A stretch of 64,000 bases of DNA, taken from positions 33,737 to 97,736 of the forward strand of contig JAPLVC010000005.1 of assembly GCA_026397315.1 (NCBI GenBank), in the 5' to 3' direction. The notes below the pieces were generated by a model. That model had not been told where the DNA came from and searched no databases. It was given only the letters and a program-made list of their open reading frames with translations. This DNA comes from Candidatus Aenigmatarchaeota archaeon. Lineage in GTDB: Archaea; Aenigmatarchaeota; Aenigmatarchaeia; QMZP01; QMZT01. Position numbers and translations under genes: made by a program. This document shows, in pieces, positions 49,203 through 57,432 of this stretch; the first letter of the stretch is position 1; each line of letters begins with the position of its first letter.

Positions 49203-49332
49203 GGGCTCGTAGCTCAGCTGGTTAGAGCGCCGGTCTTATAAGACCGTCAGGCGTCATGCCTGATAGCTTTGAACCAACACTCATTGGTTATATGAAAGCC
49301 GGAGGTCTGGGGTTCGAAACCCCACGAGCCCA
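49203..49332 (+). tRNA. tRNA-Ile(TAT) with 56-nt intron at 37/38 (49241-49296)
   Basis: Acceptor GGGCTCG/CGAGCCC with discriminator A, D-arm GCTC/GAGC, anticodon stem CCGGT/GCCGG, anticodon TAT at 49237-49239, T-arm TGGGG-TTCGAAA-CCCCA. Confidence 0.88.
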
Positions 49333-49373
49333 TTATTTTTAACACTTTTAACGACAGCGGCGACTGTATTCTT

Positions 49374-50633
49374 ATGAGAATCGTATCCGATCTCCACATA
49401 CATTCGCGCTATTCGAGGGCGACGAGCAGCGAGATAAGCATAAACAACCTCGTCAAATATGCGAGAATCAAAGGCGTTACGCTTCTCGGAACCGGCGACT
49501 TCACTCATCCTTCATGGCTGGAAGAAATAAGAAGCGGGTTGGCCGAAGATGACAGCGGCATACTTAAGACCGGCGACGGCTTCCCCTTCATACTAAGCGG
49601 CGAGATATCGAGCATATACATGCAGGACAAGAAGCTGCGCAGGATTCATAACGTGGTGCTCGCACCAGACTTGGAGACAGCAGAACAGGTGAATTCCGCC
49701 CTCATGCGCAAAAAAGTCAAGATAGAGTCCGACGGCAGGCCGATATGCGGGATACCGGCGATGGAACTGGTCGAGATGCTCAAAGCGATAAACACGAGGA
49801 TTGAAATAATTCCCGCACACATATGGACGCCATGGTTCTCTCTCTTCGGTTCCAAATCCGGCTTCGACCGCATTGAAGATTGTTTTCAGGACCAGACAAA
49901 ACACATCCACGCGCTTGAAACCGGACTGTCCTCGGATCCTGCGATGAACTGGCGGCTTTCCTCTCTCGATAAATTCACCCTAGTATCCTTCTCAGATTCT
50001 CATTCATTCTGGCCGTGGCGCATAGGCAGAGAGGCAACGCTTTTCGAGCTGAAAAACCTGACATACGATAATCTGGTAAAAGCGCTTCACACAAAAGACG
50101 GCCTCGTGGAAACGATAGAAGTCGACCCTTCTTATGGCAAATATCATTTTGATGGTCACCGTGACTGTAACGTATCGCTGGAGCCGAACGAGAGTAAAAG
50201 AATGAAAAATATTTGTCCTATCTGCAGGCGCGAGCTTACGATAGGCGTCCTGCATCGCGTAGATGAGCTGGCCGACAGGGACCATGGCTTCGTCCCGAAA
50301 GGAGCAAAACCCTTTCATTCGCTTCTTCCGCTTTCCGAAATAATATCCTCCGCAGTCGGTGCGAACGTTAGCTCGAACAAAGTCTGGGAAGAATACAACA
50401 AACTCGTTAATGTCTTCGGTTCCGAGTTAAACGTACTGCTGGAGGCTAGCGATGAACAGCTTAAAGCCTCGACATCTGAGAGGATTGTCAATTTGTTGCT
50501 AATGGTAAGGAGCGGAAAAGTTAAAATAAAGCCAGGATACGACGGCGTATACGGCGAGATAGAAAATGCAAAAAAGAGTAAAACTGAAAATGCATCTTTC
50601 AAGAAACCGCAGAAAACCCTGGGCGAGTTCTGA
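49374..50633 (+). CDS. endonuclease Q family (PHP plus zinc finger)
   Basis: DLHIHSRYSRATS, GTGD, PAHIWTPW, SDSHS, GKYH, CPIC, PGYDGVYG, C-terminal PIP-like QKTLGEF. Confidence 0.88.
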   Translation: MRIVSDLHIHSRYSRATSSEISINNLVKYARIKGVTLLGTGDFTHPSWLEEIRSGLAEDDSGILKTGDGFPFILSGEISSIYMQDKKLRRIHNVVLAPDLETAEQVNSALMRKKVKIESDGRPICGIPAMELVEMLKAINTRIEIIPAHIWTPWFSLFGSKSGFDRIEDCFQDQTKHIHALETGLSSDPAMNWRLSSLDKFTLVSFSDSHSFWPWRIGREATLFELKNLTYDNLVKALHTKDGLVETIEVDPSYGKYHFDGHRDCNVSLEPNESKRMKNICPICRRELTIGVLHRVDELADRDHGFVPKGAKPFHSLLPLSEIISSAVGANVSSNKVWEEYNKLVNVFGSELNVLLEASDEQLKASTSERIVNLLLMVRSGKVKIKPGYDGVYGEIENAKKSKTENASFKKPQKTLGEF

Positions 50634-50648
50634 TATACAAATTTTTAT

Positions 50649-51656
50649 TTATTTACCGATAACCTCAACGCTAGCGGCGCTGTCAACGAAATAAGCATAT
50701 TGAATGGAAAACTTCAGGTTTTTTTGCACAAAGCCCGTAGAAGCGGTTGGTACTGGCATCTCGACCGTGCATGTCACTGTCGTTGATTGGCCTTTCCACA
50801 ATTCAACAGCATTGGTTCCCATATCGTTGCATTTGAGGTTTATCGAAGTGTCGTCCGGGGTGAAATATAAGTTTACCTTGTTCCAGTTGCTTGCCTTTTC
50901 ACAGCCAGCGGTCATGGATGCATAATCAAATGCTAGCGGGCCTGTTGTTAGTAATGGCAATCCATTAGGTATTGGCACAATTATGTCGTTTGTTATGCAG
51001 GTTACTCCACCGCCGCTGTTCGCTATGTTTATGTTTATTGGGAATGTCACCTTGCTCTCACCCTCCCAATATCTTATGGGGCCATTTACGACAACATCGA
51101 GGCTCACTGGTCCGCTGCTTGTGCTGACAGTCTCGCTTGGCAGCGATTTGCCCTGCGACTGGATTGACCTCAATTCATTCTGGGAAACCAGGTTGATAGA
51201 CTTTATCGTGTGCGTGGCATACCAGTAGTACAGCCTGACGCTTGGGTTAAAATTTACAGAAAGTCCTTTCGGTATGTTCAGGGGCGCTTTGCAGTTCCAG
51301 ATGCAGATCCTGGATTCGCCGGTTGTGCCTCTTTCTGCGTTTGGTGCCAACAAGTTAAATCCCTGTCCGCATGTTGGATCGCATGTTATCTCCAGATTGT
51401 TGCCTCCGGTATTGCTGGCTATGTTGTATAATTTTGGGTATGCGTTTGCAGCGTCGACAGAACCTAAATTTGTCATCCTCATCTGCAGTTTGAACGTTTC
51501 TCCTGCATAAATTTTTTGGAAATCGGATTCGAAGCTATCTATTGCAACGCCTTGCCCGCTGCCTGTTGCCTGGCCTCCGAAACTGGTGCAACCAGAAGAA
51601 TAAACAACAATAAACAAAGCCAATACCGAAACCAAAGCGCGCGTTTTGCTGACCAT
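50649..51656 (-). CDS. lipoprotein-like Ig-domain protein, paralog 4 of tandem array
   Basis: Signal peptide ending SSGCT; CIWNCKAP, RLYYWY, GPVS, NSGGG, QYAY. Confidence 0.8.
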   Translation of the reverse strand: MVSKTRALVSVLALFIVVYSSGCTSFGGQATGSGQGVAIDSFESDFQKIYAGETFKLQMRMTNLGSVDAANAYPKLYNIASNTGGNNLEITCDPTCGQGFNLLAPNAERGTTGESRICIWNCKAPLNIPKGLSVNFNPSVRLYYWYATHTIKSINLVSQNELRSIQSQGKSLPSETVSTSSGPVSLDVVVNGPIRYWEGESKVTFPININIANSGGGVTCITNDIIVPIPNGLPLLTTGPLAFDYASMTAGCEKASNWNKVNLYFTPDDTSINLKCNDMGTNAVELWKGQSTTVTCTVEMPVPTASTGFVQKNLKFSIQYAYFVDSAASVEVIGK

Positions 51657-51688
51657 GAATATAACATGCCGGCTAATACTTTTATTTG

Positions 51689-52705
51689 TTAGGACGTTGT
51701 TTTTGGTGTCATCGGTTCAGAAGACGGATAAACGATCACTTCGGTTGTCTTATCTATGAAATACCCGTATTCGGCAGTCGCCTCTATTTGTCTTTGCGAA
51801 ATACCAACCTGACCGACAACATTCGCTTTCAACTTGCATGAAAAAGTCTGCGGGTCGTTACCCACAAAAGTTATTGTGTTTACGGCAGCGCATGATTGGT
51901 CGGAAAAGCTGAGTTGGTCATTCAAATATATTTTTACGACGACCTTGTTCCAGTTGTCGTTCTCTCCGAGCCCTGGGGGACTTTTCTTTTTACAGTCTTC
52001 GCTGTTGAGCATGCAAACCGTTCCGCCACCGATGTTTTTGACCGTGAAAACGACCGGGAATTCCACTTCATCTCCATACGTCCTGATGGGAGTTGTTGTT
52101 TCTATGTCCACAGAAATCGGTGATTTTGTCTTGGAATATGATTCCATGGGCAGGGATTTGCCCTGCTGCTCCAGTGCCTTAAGCTCTTCCCTGGGAGCGA
52201 TTGTGACAGTCTTGACCGTGGATGATTTGTATGAATAGTAGAACCTTACCCTTGGGCTCGCGCTTATGCTGAGACCGGATTCGACATCAGGCGCCTTGTA
52301 TTTCCATGTGCACATTGCTTCACCGCCAGTCGTCCCCCGTTCTACGTCTTCTGGTAAGAGCGTGATTTTGTGCGTGTCATGGCGGCAGTTCTGTTCAATA
52401 GGAAAAACCTCGCCGGCATTGGCCTGGGTCCCCTGTCCTCCTGTCCATACCTGATCTATGCCAAGCACTTCTGCAAAGCCGTTTTCCAGCGTGAGCGAAC
52501 CGGTGTTCTTGACCTTCATCCTGAACGTCACTTCCTCGCCCGAATGCACGTTCGCGTAGTCCGGGCTGAACTCTTCAATGATAGCTCCCGTCTGGGCAGG
52601 CGTGTTGGAATTGAAAGGATCCGAACCTAAAAAAGGTATGGTGCAGCCAGATGCTGCTACGACAAGCAGAATTGGCAAAACGGCGATATAGTTTTTGTAG
52701 TGCAT
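51689..52705 (-). CDS. lipoprotein-like Ig-domain protein, paralog 3
   Basis: ASGCT; CTWKYKAP, RFYYSY, SPIS, NIGGG, EYGY. Confidence 0.8.
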   Translation of the reverse strand: MHYKNYIAVLPILLVVAASGCTIPFLGSDPFNSNTPAQTGAIIEEFSPDYANVHSGEEVTFRMKVKNTGSLTLENGFAEVLGIDQVWTGGQGTQANAGEVFPIEQNCRHDTHKITLLPEDVERGTTGGEAMCTWKYKAPDVESGLSISASPRVRFYYSYKSSTVKTVTIAPREELKALEQQGKSLPMESYSKTKSPISVDIETTTPIRTYGDEVEFPVVFTVKNIGGGTVCMLNSEDCKKKSPPGLGENDNWNKVVVKIYLNDQLSFSDQSCAAVNTITFVGNDPQTFSCKLKANVVGQVGISQRQIEATAEYGYFIDKTTEVIVYPSSEPMTPKTTS

Positions 52706-52747
52706 GATATATAATTTGAAAAAACAAATAAAAAAGGATAAAGCTGG

Positions 52748-53722
52748 TTAAAACTCTTCCGTGCCCTTTACTGTCAGCTGCGTAACCCCATCTACGGAGT
52801 ATATGTAGCCGATGTGGACTTTGAATTCTCCGGATGTCCTGCTGGAAGGCGGGTCAAGTATGCTGAACTCGCATGTGACGTCCGTTGATTTGCCATTCCA
52901 AAGCGTCACGAACGTTCCTGCTGGCTGCTGGAGACCCATGGGCACATCGGTGTAAAGAGGTGCTATCCACTGCGTCTGGGACGGGCAGTAACCGCCTACG
53001 GGTATGACCCATTGCGGCCACTCGACCGATATTGCTACCGGATAGTCTTCTCCTCTCACCTGTCCGCCGCCCACGTTGTCGAGCTTTATCTGCAGCTGGA
53101 ATTTCGAGTCCTTGAATTCATTAGCCTTCACGAAATTTCCTGTCGTAACTGTCACTGAGACCGGGCCGTTTGATTGTGTCTGTGCTTCGCTTGAAAGGGC
53201 ATCTCCGGACTGGACTATCCTTCTGAGTTCCTCGGCCGTGACGAACCAAACCGGCTTCCTCACGTTGGTCTCATACGGATAAAAGACTCTCGCCCTGAGC
53301 TCGTATGCTTTGTCATTTCCTCTCTTGAGCATCGGCGCGATGAGCTGCCAGTTCGCCTTGCCAAGCCCGCCCTGTGTCTGGGAATCGGTATCTGGCATGA
53401 GAAGTGTTCCGAGGTCCACGACCATCGATGGCGTCACGCCCCATTCAACGGGGTCTATTGACATGAGCTCAGCAATGACGGGCACTCCGTTGCCCAGCTG
53501 GCCGTTGTAGCCGCCCTGGTTTCTGACTTCTAATTGCAGTCCAACTCTTTCTCCGGAATCTATACTATCAAGCGATGTTTTGAATGTTTCTATTGCTAAT
53601 CCTGGCCCTCCTGTGCTGGTGGTTCCTGTGGTGCAACCGGAAATTGGCACTATTGCTATTACGCATAACAGCAAAAGGAATTTCGCATATCTGAATGTGT
53701 CGGCCATATTTATTTTATACAA
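52748..53722 (-). CDS. lipoprotein-like Ig-domain protein, paralog 2
   Basis: ISGCT; ANWQLIAP, RVFYPY, GPVS, NVGGG, GYIY. Confidence 0.8.
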   Translation of the reverse strand: MYKINMADTFRYAKFLLLLCVIAIVPISGCTTGTTSTGGPGLAIETFKTSLDSIDSGERVGLQLEVRNQGGYNGQLGNGVPVIAELMSIDPVEWGVTPSMVVDLGTLLMPDTDSQTQGGLGKANWQLIAPMLKRGNDKAYELRARVFYPYETNVRKPVWFVTAEELRRIVQSGDALSSEAQTQSNGPVSVTVTTGNFVKANEFKDSKFQLQIKLDNVGGGQVRGEDYPVAISVEWPQWVIPVGGYCPSQTQWIAPLYTDVPMGLQQPAGTFVTLWNGKSTDVTCEFSILDPPSSRTSGEFKVHIGYIYSVDGVTQLTVKGTEEF

Positions 53723-53741
53723 GATTAGGCTTTTATACCTT

Positions 53742-54860
53742 TCAGAGCTTCACGGTCGGCTGAACCGTGATGCTGAGCTCTTTTGTGAACTTGTAGAAAT
53801 AGCCGATTTCAGCCTTTATCTGGTACGTGGTCTCCTGTTTGAGGTCCCCTATATTATCAAGCGTTATGGAGCATGAATACTTGGGTGTTTCCCTGCCTAT
53901 GAAATTGAAGCTGTATTTTGTCGAGCCTGTGGCGGTTTCTATGTGTTTTTGTATGCACTCCTGTATTGTCTTTTTTGTTTCTGTAGCACCATCTTTAACA
54001 ATGGCCTTTACCCTTTCCCCAGTGCTTGTTATGTTAAGGCACATCTGCTGCGGTCCGCCTGATTCCTGGGGCATTGTGTCCGGACATGACAATGCGACAT
54101 TGCCGTCCTTGGATGCTTTCAGGTCCATCACGCCGCCGCCTTTGTTCTCGACCCAGAAGCTCATTATGCCGCTGCCTATTGCTCTCAGATCTCCTGCTTT
54201 CGCGGTGTCGCTGCTGGCATCTATGATTAGCGGCTGGCTCAGAACCTCTATGTATGGTTTCACCGGGCCCTCGCCAACCACGAGCGTTCCCGTCTCGGAA
54301 AAGCTTTTGCCTTCGTTGACCAGGCGCTCGACTTCAGCCTTGTTGACGAACGTCACAGAACCAGACGCATAGGTCTTGTAATAATATCTTGCCATCACGC
54401 CTATTTTGCAGGGCGTTTCGACATTAATTTCTTTCGCCGTCAGTTTCCATTCGACCAGTGTCGTCGATTGTGGGTACATCTTTACCGTGCATGAGCTGTA
54501 GTCATTCGTAACGTCCTTGTCCCAGTTTGTCGTCTTTCCGCTGCATGTCTCTCCCTGGACTTCGAACATGCCGCACGTGTTGTAAAGGCCTATTTCCACT
54601 TTGTCAATTGCGTTGTATTCGGCTGCCTGCAGGTCCTTGGCCACTGCGCGGAGGCGTATGGACTGGCCGGAGCGCACGGTCGCCGATGGTATCGCGTCCA
54701 AGCGCTCTATGGATATGATGTCGTGCCTCTGTTCCTGCACGTTCATGCCTCCGCCGAATATGTCTGGTATGCCTGGTATTTCTATATCGAGCCCCGGCAC
54801 CGTGCAGCCTGAGCTGAAAACTACCAGAAGCAGCGCAGCAATGGCAAAGGCCTTTTTCAT
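53742..54860 (-). CDS. lipoprotein-like Ig-domain protein, paralog 1
   Basis: SSGCT; VEWKLTA, ARYYY, GPVK, NKGGG, GYFY. Confidence 0.8.
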   Translation of the reverse strand: MKKAFAIAALLLVVFSSGCTVPGLDIEIPGIPDIFGGGMNVQEQRHDIISIERLDAIPSATVRSGQSIRLRAVAKDLQAAEYNAIDKVEIGLYNTCGMFEVQGETCSGKTTNWDKDVTNDYSSCTVKMYPQSTTLVEWKLTAKEINVETPCKIGVMARYYYKTYASGSVTFVNKAEVERLVNEGKSFSETGTLVVGEGPVKPYIEVLSQPLIIDASSDTAKAGDLRAIGSGIMSFWVENKGGGVMDLKASKDGNVALSCPDTMPQESGGPQQMCLNITSTGERVKAIVKDGATETKKTIQECIQKHIETATGSTKYSFNFIGRETPKYSCSITLDNIGDLKQETTYQIKAEIGYFYKFTKELSITVQPTVKL

Positions 54861-54918
54861 AATACTATATTTAACGGTCGAGCATTTATTTTTATTGACA
54901 GCGTGAAAAGTATAGATT

Positions 54919-55398
54919 ATGAAGGGTCAGCTGGTTTTCGAGTTCATAATCGCGGGTCTTATATTTTTCATGATATTGCTTTACACAATAAATTACCTAA
55001 ACTTCAACGTATCGGATTACAGGAGCAAATTCTACCAGAGCAGGATGCAAAGCAAAGCGGTCCAGGTATCAGAAATTCTCATGGCAGGCCGGTCAAACCT
55101 CAGTCTCGCCGATGAAAGCGGCTTCAATAAAACGAAGGTCAGTTTTTTCAACTCGACATACTGCGGTTTCTCCAAGTACAAGAAACTCGCCGAGGATTTT
55201 TACATGTATGAGAATCTGAATTATATTTCAGTGCCGAACAACATCAGAATAGAGCTCACGCTCCCGTCTAGCGGCGAGACTATTCTTGACTGCGGCCCTG
55301 CCAATATTCCGCGCACGATTAACGCGACGAAGGCCGAGATTGGAAGGGTTGGCATCTACGAGGGACAAGCCGCAAAACTAAGCATTATTGTATGGTAA
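54919..55398 (+). CDS. class III signal peptide pilin-like protein (Q+1/E+5 type)
   Basis: MKG/QLVFEFIIAGLIFFMILLY; C-terminal IIVW. Confidence 0.8.
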   Translation: MKGQLVFEFIIAGLIFFMILLYTINYLNFNVSDYRSKFYQSRMQSKAVQVSEILMAGRSNLSLADESGFNKTKVSFFNSTYCGFSKYKKLAEDFYMYENLNYISVPNNIRIELTLPSSGETILDCGPANIPRTINATKAEIGRVGIYEGQAAKLSIIVW

Positions 55399-55447
55399 AA
55401 CAAAAGGTAATGGCAGAAGTTTAAATTATAAGAGATAATGTATTATC

Positions 55448-56089
55448 ATGAAAGTCATTGTGGTGGGCGGCGGCAGAATTGGCGAGGCACTTTCCAGGGT
55501 TCTCGCCAAGGAACGGCATGACGTGGTTCTCATAGAAAAAAACGAGCGAGTCGCTGAAGAACTGGCCGATAATCTCGATGCGCTTGTGCTGCATGGCGAC
55601 GGCTCGGATAAAAACCTGCTGAGAGACGCCAACATAAGCTCGACTGATGTTGTCATAGCGGCCACGAACGACGACCGGACAAACGTCGTTGTATGCACCA
55701 CTGCAAAGGATGCCAAAGTCCCGACTGTCGTCGCCAGGATAAACCAGCGCGAAAACGAGAGGGATTTTTCAAAAGTTGGCGTCGAAAGCCTGGTTGACGC
55801 GACATCGACGGCTGTGCTCGCGTTCAAAAAAGCCATTGAGAGGCCCGGCCGACCTATTGTGGGTTTTGTCGCCGGCGGCAGGGCTGAAGTTTTTGAAGTC
55901 GTCGTGAAAAAGGAATCTAAGCTGGCAGGCAAAGCCATTGCCGAAATAACGAAGGATTTTTCAGTTGCCTGCGTCTTCCGCGAGGATAAATTTCATCTTC
56001 CAAAATCAGACATGAAAATCAAGGAAGGCGACATACTGACGATTTGCGCGCCGATTGATGAGGTCAAAAAAATAGAAGGCGTGTTTTAA
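55448..56089 (+). CDS. trkA: TrkA-family potassium uptake regulatory protein (RCK)
   Basis: VIVVGGGRIG, HGDG, IAATNDDRTN, C-terminal TrkA-C. Confidence 0.9.
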   Translation: MKVIVVGGGRIGEALSRVLAKERHDVVLIEKNERVAEELADNLDALVLHGDGSDKNLLRDANISSTDVVIAATNDDRTNVVVCTTAKDAKVPTVVARINQRENERDFSKVGVESLVDATSTAVLAFKKAIERPGRPIVGFVAGGRAEVFEVVVKKESKLAGKAIAEITKDFSVACVFREDKFHLPKSDMKIKEGDILTICAPIDEVKKIEGVF

Positions 56090-57432
56090 GTTTTATTTTT
56101 GAGAAAATTTTTCATAACGTCCGTCAGGTCTGGCCTGCCTTTTTCTTCGAGGCGGTATGTTACGCGGGCCACTGGTTTGTTGACCTTTATCAGTCTCGTG
56201 AGGTCGAATGGCGTCGCGATTATGACTGTGTCGCATGGTATTTTGTTAATCGTTTCTTCAAGTTCCTTTGTCTGGTGTTCGCCATAACCAAGCGCCGGCA
56301 GCACGTCGGAAATCTGTTTGTATTTTTCATAAGCCTCTTTTATTGTGCCGATGGCGTATTGCTTTGGCTTGACAATAGACTTCGCTCCGAATTTCTGGGC
56401 CGCGACCCAGCCCGCTCCATATGCCATTTCCCCGTGCGTGAGCGTCGGGCCATCCTCCACGACGAGTACGTCCTTTCCCTTTATTTTCGCCGGATCGTCC
56501 GCTGAGACTTCAGAGTCCGCGTGCATTATTTTGGCGGCGGGGTTGGCTTTCTTTATGTCTTCGAGCACCTTTTGAATATTTTCAGGCTTTGCCGTGTTTT
56601 CCTTGTTTATGATCACGATGTCCGCCATGCGCAGGTTCGTTTCCCCTGGGTAATATGCAAGTTCATGCCCCGCACGATGCGGGTCCGTGACCACTATATG
56701 CAGGTCCGGTTTGTAGAATGATGTGTCGTTGTTGCCGCCGTCCCATAGGATGATGTCGGCTTCCTTCTCGGCCGCCCGCAATATTTTTTCATAATCCACG
56801 CCGGCATAAACCACGATGCCGTTCGCGATGTGTTGCTCGTATTCCTCCCGCTCTTCAATGGTGCACTCGTTTTTTGCCAAGTCATCATAAGTCGCAAAAC
56901 GCTGGCATGCCTGTTTCCTCAAGTCGCCATAAGGCATTGGGTGACGAATCACGACGACCTTATGTCCCATGCCTTTCAGTATCATGGATATTTTGCGCGT
57001 GGTCTGCGATTTGCCGCATCCTGTCCTTACCGCGCATATAGAAATGACCGGCTTTTTGGACGGCAGCATCGTCTGTGACGCGCCAAGCAGCATGAAATTG
57101 GCACCGGACGCATTCGCAATGCTGGCCTTGTGCATCACTTCAATGAAAGACAGGTCGGAATAAGAAAGGACCACCGTGTCCGCGTTGTATTTTTTTATGA
57201 GATTGGGGAGGTCTTTTTCATCAAATATTTGTATGCCTTTTGGGTAAAGCCTTCCGGCGAGCTCTTTGGGATACATTCTCCCCGATATGTCAGGTATCTG
57301 CGCCGCCGTAAAACAGACCACGTTGTATTTTTTGTTGTCGCGGAAGAAGACGTTGAAGTTATGGAAGTCGCGGCCTGCGGCCCCCATTATTATTACATTA
57401 CTTCTTGCCGTTTTTCTTGCACTTTTTATCAT
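56086..57432 (-). CDS. arginine synthetase ArcE-like / cDPG synthetase-GTPase family (COG2403) protein
   Basis: IMGAAGRDFHNFN, AVRTGCGKSQT, RHPMPYG, TIEEREEYE, WDGGNND, VEDGPTLTHG, LPALGY. Confidence 0.85.
   Translation of the reverse strand: MIKSARKTARSNVIIMGAAGRDFHNFNVFFRDNKKYNVVCFTAAQIPDISGRMYPKELAGRLYPKGIQIFDEKDLPNLIKKYNADTVVLSYSDLSFIEVMHKASIANASGANFMLLGASQTMLPSKKPVISICAVRTGCGKSQTTRKISMILKGMGHKVVVIRHPMPYGDLRKQACQRFATYDDLAKNECTIEEREEYEQHIANGIVVYAGVDYEKILRAAEKEADIILWDGGNNDTSFYKPDLHIVVTDPHRAGHELAYYPGETNLRMADIVIINKENTAKPENIQKVLEDIKKANPAAKIMHADSEVSADDPAKIKGKDVLVVEDGPTLTHGEMAYGAGWVAAQKFGAKSIVKPKQYAIGTIKEAYEKYKQISDVLPALGYGEHQTKELEETINKIPCDTVIIATPFDLTRLIKVNKPVARVTYRLEEKGRPDLTDVMKNFLKNKT

Noticed and set aside
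49241-49296. Box C/D guide RNA inside the tRNA-Ile intron
   Set aside because: A CTGA is present but there is no properly placed RUGAUGA box C
49230-49302. Alternative splice registers giving Ser(TGA) or Leu(TAA) anticodons
   Set aside because: No long variable arm, the body is Ile-like, and the canonical 37/38 register gives TAT
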